Assembly: GCA_020184695.1 (NCBI GenBank) | Contig: JAANOX010000002.1 | Location: 248,001-312,000 of the forward strand | Length of the DNA: 64,000 nucleotides | Direction of reading: 5' to 3' | From: Histomonas meleagridis 2922-C6/04-290x | Taxonomy: Eukaryota; Protista; Parabasalia | Shown here: positions 35,605 to 45,153 of the stretch, piece by piece | How the letters are laid out: every line of letters starts with the position of its first letter | Position numbering within the stretch: the first letter of the stretch is position 1 | Notes under the pieces: generated by a model | What the model was told of the DNA's origin: nothing | What the model saw: the letters and a program-made list of their open reading frames with translations, nothing else | Database searches by the model: none | Program-made: the position numbers and the translations under genes

Positions 35605-37083
35605 TGAACGTTAACTTTAACGTTCACTTGAATTGCATAATAAGAATTAATTCTATTAAAATTTTATAGAACTATATTTTCTCAATATTTATATATTATG
35701 AGCAAAATAATATTATCATATAATAATTTGAAATATAACATAAGTAAAACACGAAAAAACGTTCAAAAAAAATTAATTCGCTGATTTTGAATGGGAACTG
35801 TCATTTTTCAAACGATCATCAAAAGCACAATAATTGAATGGATTCAACTGTTTTGAAAAAGTTGTCCTTCAAACAAAAGTGGATGAAAGTGAATTAACTT
35901 TACCTGTAATGCATTGAATATTTTAACAATCTTTCGAGTGATTGTTACAATTTCATCAAAATTCATTATTATATGAAAAAATGATTAATTAATCATTTTT
36001 GTTAAAAAAATTTCTATTAGAGTTATAGATTATAATTTAGTGTATAATAAAAGCAAATATGTATTTTTAAAAATAACAATTAAATACAGTAAATTGGGAA
36101 TTCAAAATGAAAGTTTATAATAATTTTTTAACATTCCATATTTATAAATATAAATTATTATGATTATTTGACAGTGTAATGTTATTTATTTACGTGTTGA
36201 TTTACTTATTTGTTTAAAACTTAAATTATTTGAAAATTGTAAAATTTCAAATTTATCAAAAATGTTGTTATTATCTTTCAAAAAATATCTTCATATGAAG
36301 CAATATTGCGTTTCAGCTTCATAATACTTTGATGAACACTTGAAATCAAAGAACTTGAAAACATGATACTGATTTTGAAATGAGTCAAATACCCATATAA
36401 TTTGCATGTGGTTTTTAACATACCTCAAGTTTGCATGTTGAAACAATTATAAAAATTGATTCATATGCGCAAAATTTCAAATTTGATAACAAAGCAAATC
36501 CAAGAGAAAATTACTCTCCAATTCTAGATAAAGAGCTGTAGCAATTGTTTATAGAACATGTGTTTAAGTGAGTTGAGCCAGGTGCATCACCGCAGGAGTC
36601 ACTTTAAAAAATGAAATAAAGTTTTCACACAAACCGTGATTTCGAGTGAAAATTGTGAGAAAATTTTACGGTTGAAGATAATTGAAGGTATAAATGGTCG
36701 AGTCCGTGGTTTTGAATGTAAAATTGAGTTTTTGATGGTTTTTAACTGTTGCATCGTTTTTCTTTTCAGCGCCTTTGTTTGTCCTGACAAATATAAAAGC
36801 TTAATTATCAAATTTCTTTTTAAAAAACATTGATCATGAGCAAAAAAGTATCTGCTAATAACATTGGATTAAAAATCTTTATCTCATTATATCATTTTAT
36901 TATGATATGTTCATAACCAAAATTTCAAATTTTTGTTTATATCATTTTTAAAAACTTTAAAAGTAAGATGATTTTGCAATAAGCAGTATTTGGTTTTCTG
37001 TTTTTAACATACTTGAAAAAAATTTCTTGAGTTTAAACGGTCGAATTCTTAATGTACGTTTAAATTTTGTAAATTCTTTTTTC

Positions 37084-38628
37084 ATGAAAACTTCACTCAG
37101 AGCTTTAATAAAATCAGGTGTTTGCAAAGTTCAAGGAAAATGTTTAAGATGCACAAACAAAGGAATTACTTCGATTACAAATATTCCAGAAGCAGAAAAA
37201 ATTCAACAAATTTTTATGTCAAGTAATTTAATTTCTTCATTAGCAGGAATACAGTACTTTAAAAACCTTAAAGTTTTATCTCTTTCCTTTAATGAAATTC
37301 AAAAAATTAGTGATTTGAAATATCTTAAAGGAATACAACTTCAAACACTAAATCTCGAAGGAAACCCAATTACTCATCTTCCATATTATCAGCACAATGT
37401 AGTTGCTTCAATTGATTCACTTCTTTTATTTGATGGAAAATCTATTACAGATCAGCTCCGTGAGAAAGCAAAGACCACCGTAGAGTATGAAAGAAGCCGC
37501 CTTAGGTTGCTATGCTTAAATGAATATAAAATCAAGGAATTAGAAAATATAATGAATATGAATCAAATGACAAATGAATCAATTTTAAACTTCCAACGAA
37601 TTAGCGAATTAACTGCTGATAGTTTTGAAGATGATGATGAACAATTTGATAATATGCGTTCTGTAGCTGTTGATATTCGAAATGAAAACAAAAATTGTAA
37701 ATGGTCTGACATTTACGATCAAATAGAATCTGTTCAACAAAAAGCCATCTCTAATCTAACCAGCCAAATAAGCACCAGAATACCCCATCAAACTTATGAA
37801 AATGATAATAATCAAACCTTTGATACTTTTGAACATGAAAACGAAGAGTTAACAAATTTTTTGCATTGGAATGATATTCGTATACTTTCAAAATATTTTC
37901 ATCTTTGGCGTAATTTACCTAAATCACGAAATCAACTTCAGCTTCAATTTATTTCATCTTTTGATTTTCCTTTGAAAGAGACCGAAAGCACAAATCATTT
38001 ACTTCTTGAAGAAGCACAATCGATGACTCTCCGTATTTCTTCTCTTGAGTATTCTCTTGACGAAAGTGAGAAAAAGTGCCACGAAATTACAGAACTATTA
38101 AATGAATCGATTCGTAATGAATCTAAGATGAAAAGAGTTATTAGGCATCTAAATAATCAAAAGAAATCTCTTAAACAACAACTTTATGAATCAGAACAAA
38201 GATATGAAAAAGATGTAATACAATTTATGCTTGAGAAGAAATTCGAAAATTCGGATATTTATGAAGAAAATAAAAGACTTAGTGAACAAATTAAACAAAA
38301 CGAAATTGAAAAAGATGCATTAAAAAGATATATCGAAGAGATAAAGAAACAAAGTAATACGACAATTAATGATTTAAGGAAAAAATTAGATTCTGCATTC
38401 GATATAACAAATGAATTAAGAAAAGAAGTTGCGCGTTTAAGAAATTTAAGCGAAATGAAAAAGATAAAATATGTACGAAGATGTTCTTCATCTTCATCAG
38501 AATCTTCATCTTCGCCAATTTTGGATGATGACGAATTCGGAACAAATGAAAAGGCTTCGCATGAAATTGTTGTTGGGAATTCGCCTTTTAAGACAAAAGA
38601 GAAATCAGTAATTCAGTTCATGAAATGA
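37084..38628 (+). CDS. SDS22/U2A'-type LRR plus coiled-coil protein
   Basis: LRRs (LKVLSLSFNEI, LQTLNLEGNPI) with the LRRcap YQHNVVASIDSLLLFDG and a C-terminal heptad-rich region; probable start MKTSL at 37084. Confidence 0.75.
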   Translation: MKTSLRALIKSGVCKVQGKCLRCTNKGITSITNIPEAEKIQQIFMSSNLISSLAGIQYFKNLKVLSLSFNEIQKISDLKYLKGIQLQTLNLEGNPITHLPYYQHNVVASIDSLLLFDGKSITDQLREKAKTTVEYERSRLRLLCLNEYKIKELENIMNMNQMTNESILNFQRISELTADSFEDDDEQFDNMRSVAVDIRNENKNCKWSDIYDQIESVQQKAISNLTSQISTRIPHQTYENDNNQTFDTFEHENEELTNFLHWNDIRILSKYFHLWRNLPKSRNQLQLQFISSFDFPLKETESTNHLLLEEAQSMTLRISSLEYSLDESEKKCHEITELLNESIRNESKMKRVIRHLNNQKKSLKQQLYESEQRYEKDVIQFMLEKKFENSDIYEENKRLSEQIKQNEIEKDALKRYIEEIKKQSNTTINDLRKKLDSAFDITNELRKEVARLRNLSEMKKIKYVRRCSSSSSESSSSPILDDDEFGTNEKASHEIVVGNSPFKTKEKSVIQFMK

Positions 38629-39398
38629 ATTATTAAATGTTTGTAATAAAATGCAATTGTTTACTTCATTAATTTTTTTAATAGCATTTTTTAAGTTGTT
38701 ATTGTCGTTTAACTGTTATTATGAAATCGAAAATAAACTTCTTTTTATTTGATAAACATCGGAATTACTTTAATGTATAAACTTTATGATAAACTTCAAT
38801 GTAAAATAATATGTGATTTAAATGTATATAAATATAACTTTAGTATCAATATAATATTTAAATATTAATGAATTTTTATCATTTAAAAAACCTAGTTTCG
38901 CTCCTTTCTAAGTGTGCAAAATAATAAGAAAATTTTCAAAGTGAATTAAAAAAATTTTAATTATTCATAATACAATTAACTTACAATTAAGAAAAATGTT
39001 TTATTACTCCCTCATGCTATTTATTTAAATTATAAAGTTTTAAAAAAATTATATTTCATTATTGAGATAAAGTAAAGTTTTTGTTATATATTAAAATTAA
39101 GTACTTTTTGTCAAAAACTATCAGATGAAATCCAAAATGATTTTGTTTTTTGATATATATAAAACATTTCCTACATACCATATAAATTTGGTAAAAAATC
39201 TATCGTGGAAATTTTTTTGCCTTTACCTCTGTTTTTTATTAAAATGTGTATGAATTTACTCCTTCGTTTATTTTCCTCACAAATCAGGTCTTTGTGCTTT
39301 TTTGAGTGTAAATGATATTTTGTCATCATAATTTCAATGAAAATATTTATGAAAAAATCTTTCTCATTCAAAACATACGACCATCGATTTAAAATCCA

Positions 39399-42300
39399 AT
39401 GACAAGTTCTGATACTGATATTTTTGCCGCTTATGAATGTCTTAGAAATGACAGAAATCAAAAACGCTTTATACAAATATTAGATCTTGTTAGGTCTTCA
39501 ATTCAAAATCAAGTTAATCAAGGAACACTTTCATTTGACCCATATCCATCAGCTTCTGTATATTTAGGTGCAATCACATCTCTTACAGTTCATAGACTTG
39601 ATAAAAAAGAAATAGATGGTCTTCCTGAACTACTTCGACTTCTTCATATTGCACTTGAATCAGCACCTCTTGATTCAACTATTTCATCACATCTTCTTAG
39701 TTCTCTTGTACCACTTTTTTCCAATTGTTCTACAGAACTTTCAATACCCATGTGTCCAGTTCTTGTTCAATTATCAAAACATTCCTCAATGTCTGACACG
39801 ATGGTTCGAGATGTATGTACAGGGCTTTGCCAACGTTCTCTTAGTGATGACTCTCGACTTCGAAATAGTGCCTCACAAGCAATATATGATTTTACACAAA
39901 TTCATGGAATAGCCTTTAGTTATATGTTTGAAATCATAGATCGAAATCCACTTCGAGCATTAACAGTCATTAATAATATTTCACATGTTGCTAACAGTCA
40001 AATATGGCCCAAATACATTGAAAAAGTTATCCAATATACAGAAAGTCCAAATCATGCTACAAAAGTTAAAGCGATTCAAGTTTTATCAAATGCAGTTCAT
40101 TACATGCCAACTGACACATGCATCAGTATTATTAATAAGTACATTTCATCTAAACCAGAATCAGCAGGAGATATATTATATGCAATATGTGAATTAATAC
40201 AATCATGTGTTACGATGTTAGCGCATTCAGATCTTCAAGTTCTTAAATTTAATTTCCCACGAATATTACATCAATTATTAATATTTTTAACAATGAATGA
40301 CAAAGAATGCGAAACATTAATTAATAACATAATATTATATGGAATTCATGCAACTGTTTCGGATGGCGATTTAAATGCATTTGCACCAATTGTAAATGAA
40401 CTTACACAAACTATGAGTGTACAATTTATTAACATTTGGCCACAAGTATATTCTATATTACAAACAATTCCTGAAAAAACAAGAGAAAATACATTCGAAG
40501 TATTACAAGCTCCAATTACTGCATCACTTGATAAAATGACAAATATTGATTCAACTCATTTCACAATGATTGTTAATTTTATTGTAAGTTGTGCTGAAGC
40601 TATTGGACTTACAGAGTTTTTTGAGAAAGCTCAAGTACCTATTAGTGATTTACATATATTAGAAACAATAGTAATTCCAATATTAAAATCTTATAATGGG
40701 AAAAATCTTAATGATTTAACATTCACATTTAATTATTTATTACCTATTGAAGAAGAAATGTATGAAAACTTACGACAAGATCCATCTCGAATTTTATGGC
40801 AAAACTTATGGAATGTTATACCAAATTGTTGCACAACGAATTTAACTGATATTTCAGGTTTTGTTGACTTAGTATTAAATCGATTTGAAGAATTCAAATT
40901 AGAATTATATCGACCGATTTGTAAAATAATACAAATCATTGCTCCATATACTGATCGACATGAACAAATGTTAATTTCATTAGCTAATGCTTCTGTTGAT
41001 CCATCCACTGCATCATGTGTAATTCCGGCAATATCTGTTGTTGCTTCATTAATGGATCAAAATTCCGTTAATGCATTTTTCGGCTCATTAATTCGTAATA
41101 AGATTTTAGTCTTAGCTGGTGATCCATCACAAATTAACATTGCATGTGCATTAATGGATATCGCATTAGCTTTAATGTCATATATATCAGAAGAATATCG
41201 AAATGTGTTTTATAGAATGTTATTATCATTTATCGAACAAAAAAATAATTTCCAGAAAAAGGCACTTCGTTCATTACGTACATATATCCAAAAGTTTCCA
41301 AATCCTTCAGTTACAACTGAGTTACTTAATGCATTAAATAATACAACAGAAGTTCAATCATCATCAACATTACGTTATCGATTATTATTAATGTTAACAT
41401 TATTACAAATACCAAACACGGAAAATTATGATGAAATGTTAAATAGTTTCTTACCAGAAATTGTTGGAGCATTAAAAGAACATGGAGCAAAAACACGTGA
41501 AGCGGCTAATGAATGTATTAATACTATTGCAAGTGATTTCATAAAACGAGGACAATCATTAACACCATTGTTATTACATATATCTGTTGGTATAGCATCA
41601 AATTCAAGTAATTTTGTAAGTGCTACAATTGATGCTATTGAATGTATCATAAACAAATTTGCAGAAAATATTAACCCTGAAGATCTCGGACAATTTTGTT
41701 TGATATGTTTCAAGGCAACTGATTCTAATCCGACATCAGAAGTATTTCGTAGCGCATTACAATTTTCGAAAACATTAATTTCTCGATTACCGAAATTTGT
41801 TGAATCTTCGCAACTTGGCAACATGATAATACTTGGAATTAACTCTAGTAAAAAGACAAATTGGGAAATTAAAGGAAAAGGACATAAATTAATAGAGAAA
41901 TGCATATCAATGTTTGGCATAGAGAAAGTTACTGAATGTTTCCCACCTAACGAAGAGAAACTTTTACGTAATGCGCGTAAAGAAGTGAATAAGAACTTAA
42001 GGCGTCGAAATAATAAAACAGATGAAACGCAAAGTTTCGATGATAATGACATCGAATTAGACAGTAGATATGACGAAGATGTCCACGATTTAAATGATCC
42101 GCGTGAAACAGTACAACGAATAATGAATCAGCCACAGAACTTAGAGGACGAAGGACTCGAATTCGATAAAAGAGGCCGACTTGTGCTGAAAGAGGCGCCG
42201 AAGAAAAATGAAAAAATGAAAAATGATGACGACGAAAGTGATGAATCAGACGGAGTGAATGAAATAGCAGAACATATTAAGAAGAGAAAATTGAAACAAA

Positions 42301-42503
42301 AAGAACAACAAAAGAAAAGTATCGAAAACGCATTCGTGGCTGAAAGTGGGAAAAGATTTAAGACACAGAACGGTAAAGGCGATAACCAAAAAAGCGGACA
42401 AAGGCCTTTCGCTTTTGCACCTTTATCATCGAAAATTGTTAATAAAAGATATAAAGGACAAATGAAGGCCGCATATAGGAAAATGTTCAGAACTGGTAAA
42501 TAA
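39399..42503 (+). CDS. RRP12: RRP12-like HEAT-repeat ribosome biogenesis protein
   Basis: 1034 aa with QKKALRSL, FLPEIVGALKE...KTREAA and the C-terminal SGKRFK...GKGD.QK.GQRPFAFAPL, characteristic of Rrp12. Confidence 0.8.
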   Translation: MTSSDTDIFAAYECLRNDRNQKRFIQILDLVRSSIQNQVNQGTLSFDPYPSASVYLGAITSLTVHRLDKKEIDGLPELLRLLHIALESAPLDSTISSHLLSSLVPLFSNCSTELSIPMCPVLVQLSKHSSMSDTMVRDVCTGLCQRSLSDDSRLRNSASQAIYDFTQIHGIAFSYMFEIIDRNPLRALTVINNISHVANSQIWPKYIEKVIQYTESPNHATKVKAIQVLSNAVHYMPTDTCISIINKYISSKPESAGDILYAICELIQSCVTMLAHSDLQVLKFNFPRILHQLLIFLTMNDKECETLINNIILYGIHATVSDGDLNAFAPIVNELTQTMSVQFINIWPQVYSILQTIPEKTRENTFEVLQAPITASLDKMTNIDSTHFTMIVNFIVSCAEAIGLTEFFEKAQVPISDLHILETIVIPILKSYNGKNLNDLTFTFNYLLPIEEEMYENLRQDPSRILWQNLWNVIPNCCTTNLTDISGFVDLVLNRFEEFKLELYRPICKIIQIIAPYTDRHEQMLISLANASVDPSTASCVIPAISVVASLMDQNSVNAFFGSLIRNKILVLAGDPSQINIACALMDIALALMSYISEEYRNVFYRMLLSFIEQKNNFQKKALRSLRTYIQKFPNPSVTTELLNALNNTTEVQSSSTLRYRLLLMLTLLQIPNTENYDEMLNSFLPEIVGALKEHGAKTREAANECINTIASDFIKRGQSLTPLLLHISVGIASNSSNFVSATIDAIECIINKFAENINPEDLGQFCLICFKATDSNPTSEVFRSALQFSKTLISRLPKFVESSQLGNMIILGINSSKKTNWEIKGKGHKLIEKCISMFGIEKVTECFPPNEEKLLRNARKEVNKNLRRRNNKTDETQSFDDNDIELDSRYDEDVHDLNDPRETVQRIMNQPQNLEDEGLEFDKRGRLVLKEAPKKNEKMKNDDDESDESDGVNEIAEHIKKRKLKQKEQQKKSIENAFVAESGKRFKTQNGKGDNQKSGQRPFAFAPLSSKIVNKRYKGQMKAAYRKMFRTGK

Positions 42504-42814
42504 ATAAATATATTATCAATCGAAATATTTGAATGAAATCAGAATTTTGATTTATTGTAAATGTTAAAACCAAAATTAATAAAAAGAAAATTTTTAAACA
42601 AATTTATAAAATAAATTGAGGTTTTCAACTTGTTTATACCAATAGAAAAAAAGTGAAGTCTGGTTCATTATTATGAACATTGCAAATATAAAATGAATGC
42701 ATAACTATATTATGTTTATATGTGGAAGAAATAAAAGGTATATAAAAAGTATAAATTTATAGCCACTTTTTTATTCATTTAATCATTTTTTTTAAAACAC
42801 AGAGATTTTTTTAA

Positions 42815-43852
42815 ATGTTTACTAAAACTTACCAGGGGAAAAATTTATTAAATAAAGATAGTAGAGAAATTATACATCAATCCATTGAAATTAAGCTACT
42901 TTTTATGCTCGGACAAATCATATTTAATTTAACTGAAGAAAATCTCGATATATCAACTAAAGAAACGCTAAAAATATTTGATGCTAACAACCCATATTCA
43001 TCTAATTTTGTTATATGTAATATGATTTACTTTTTTTCACGAAAAAATTTTGATGGTATTTGTATAAAATATTCAGAAACAATTCAAGCAAAGGAAGAAA
43101 CAAAAGAAAATACCTCGAAAATTATTACAATATTTTGTGATTATTTAGCAAAAATTGAATCGCAAGAAACATATTATTTAATTGAGAAAATGATTAAGCG
43201 AGATTTAATAAATTCAAATATTACTAAAAAAATTTATTCTGTATAAATGTTTTAAATATTTACTTATGAATGGAGCAAATATCGAAAACACAGGTAAATA
43301 TGCAATTGCAAGTAAAAGTGAAGAAATTATTCATTTATGTGAACAAAATCATTCATCATTTGATGGCGCATATGAAACAGCAATTAAATTCCATAAAAGG
43401 AAGAGGAATCTATATGTGTTATTTTGGTTTTATTTCAATGATTTAATACTTAAATATAATATTTGGGGAAAGTTTGATTTATTTTATACAGCACTTATGT
43501 TAGCATCAACACTTGGACATAAAGAGATCGTAAAATTACTTCTTGATGAAGAAGGAATTGATATTAATGTTAAAACTGATATTTGTTTGTTTTTCAATGA
43601 TTTAATTAAACAAATATGAAATATCAAAATAGCATGTGGAAATTATTTATATCATTTGAAACTGCACTTATTTTAGCAACTCAAATGGGTTACACAGAGA
43701 TAATAAAATTATTTCAAAAAATGATATCAAAAACCAATGACTTTTTTCAAAAAGTCCTTTTTCAAAGTCATAAAATCAAAACCATTTTCATAAAAAATTA
43801 TTTGAAATATAGTTTTATAGAAATATTGTTGTTTTTAAAGAAAGTTTTATAA
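42815..43852 (+). pseudogene. Ankyrin/DUF3447-type gene B, internally deleted and frameshifted, carrying two 80-nt 17+3 cassettes
   Basis: The N-terminus is homologous to 59088..59489 (QIIFNL.EEN...STKE). A SVKCFKYLLMNG-like segment is out of frame. Ankyrin halves TAL...DINVKTD are separated by cassettes at 43408-43487 and 43581-43660. Confidence 0.7.
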
Positions 43853-45051
43853 TGAAAAGGAAGGAAGGATATCTCTGGAAGAGAGATATAGGCAGACTAA
43901 ACAGTTGGAAAAAATTATGGTTTAAAATAGAAAAGAGCCAAATTACATTTTGGGATAAAGTTAAAAAATGTAAAACGGGATTAATTTTATTTAAAAATAT
44001 TATAAATATTACAGATTCAATAAACTCTAAGAGAAAATTCACATTTACTATCGTAACAAAAGATAGAAAATATGACCTTTCAGCATTTTGTGAAGAAGAT
44101 AAAGAAGATTGGATACATTCCTTAAATGATAATATTTTTCCAACAAAAAAAATTATTAGTTTATCAAATTGTAAAATTCTTTGTACAAAATATGATTGTG
44201 GTTTATATCAACTTAAATGTATATGTCAAGAGCAGTTTTCGAAACAAAATACAATAATTTGCATGAATAATGAACTATTTATTGATACAGAAAAATCTTT
44301 ATTAATATTAAAAGAATTATTTGAAAATAAAGAAAAATGTAAATATTTTATACAACCCATAAATATTGAAGTTAATGATAATTCATTTAACATTATTTGT
44401 AAACCTTTTTCAAGCCAAAATATCTTTAACATGATTCAAAGTAATGGAAAATTTGATCCAATTCTTACAATAACTTATTCAGCACAAATAATTTCAGCAT
44501 TTGAATTTCTTCATAAGCAAAATCTTTTTTATACAGTTCTTCCTCCTCATAATATACACATTGATAAAAAAGGTAGAATTCAAATAGCTTCAATTGACAT
44601 TATTTCCTTAGAAAAAGATTATAGAGTTATTAATAATAATTTATTATATGCAGAATATACAGCACCAGAAATCATTACAGAATCAGAGTTTTGTCAAATG
44701 TCGAATTGGTGGAACTTAGGGATTATAATTTATGAAATGCTTAATGGATATCCACCATTTTATGGGGATACATTAGAAGAAATAACAGATAAAATATTAA
44801 ATGAGGAAATAATTTTCCAAAGCACTAACATTAACAAAGACGCAATGGATCTTATATTAAAATTATTAAACAAAAACCCTAAAATGAGAATTGGTGTGAA
44901 TGGTATTCAAGAAATTAAAGATCATCCATTTTTTGCTTCTATCAATTGGGATGAAATAAAAAGTATGTCAACAAACTCCAGATTTTTCCCAGAGCCTGGT
45001 GAGAGAAATGTTGATTTTATTCCAATGAGAACAATCATAACAAAAGAGTAA
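43852..45051 (+). CDS. PH domain plus AGC-kinase-like pseudokinase
   Basis: PH domain (KEGYLWKR...WKKLWF...WIHSL). The kinase C-lobe motifs YTAPE, WWNLG..IYEML.GYPPF and IKDHPFF are kept, but GxGxxG, VAIK, HRD and DFG are lost. Confidence 0.8.
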   Translation: MKRKEGYLWKRDIGRLNSWKKLWFKIEKSQITFWDKVKKCKTGLILFKNIINITDSINSKRKFTFTIVTKDRKYDLSAFCEEDKEDWIHSLNDNIFPTKKIISLSNCKILCTKYDCGLYQLKCICQEQFSKQNTIICMNNELFIDTEKSLLILKELFENKEKCKYFIQPINIEVNDNSFNIICKPFSSQNIFNMIQSNGKFDPILTITYSAQIISAFEFLHKQNLFYTVLPPHNIHIDKKGRIQIASIDIISLEKDYRVINNNLLYAEYTAPEIITESEFCQMSNWWNLGIIIYEMLNGYPPFYGDTLEEITDKILNEEIIFQSTNINKDAMDLILKLLNKNPKMRIGVNGIQEIKDHPFFASINWDEIKSMSTNSRFFPEPGERNVDFIPMRTIITKE

Positions 45052-45153
45052 AAATTAAACACTTTTTAACATTTTGATTTTTATCGTTTACATTAACCTC
45101 CCAAGAGAATAACCGCATAATTCATTCAAAAAGTCAACCATACAAACTCTTCG

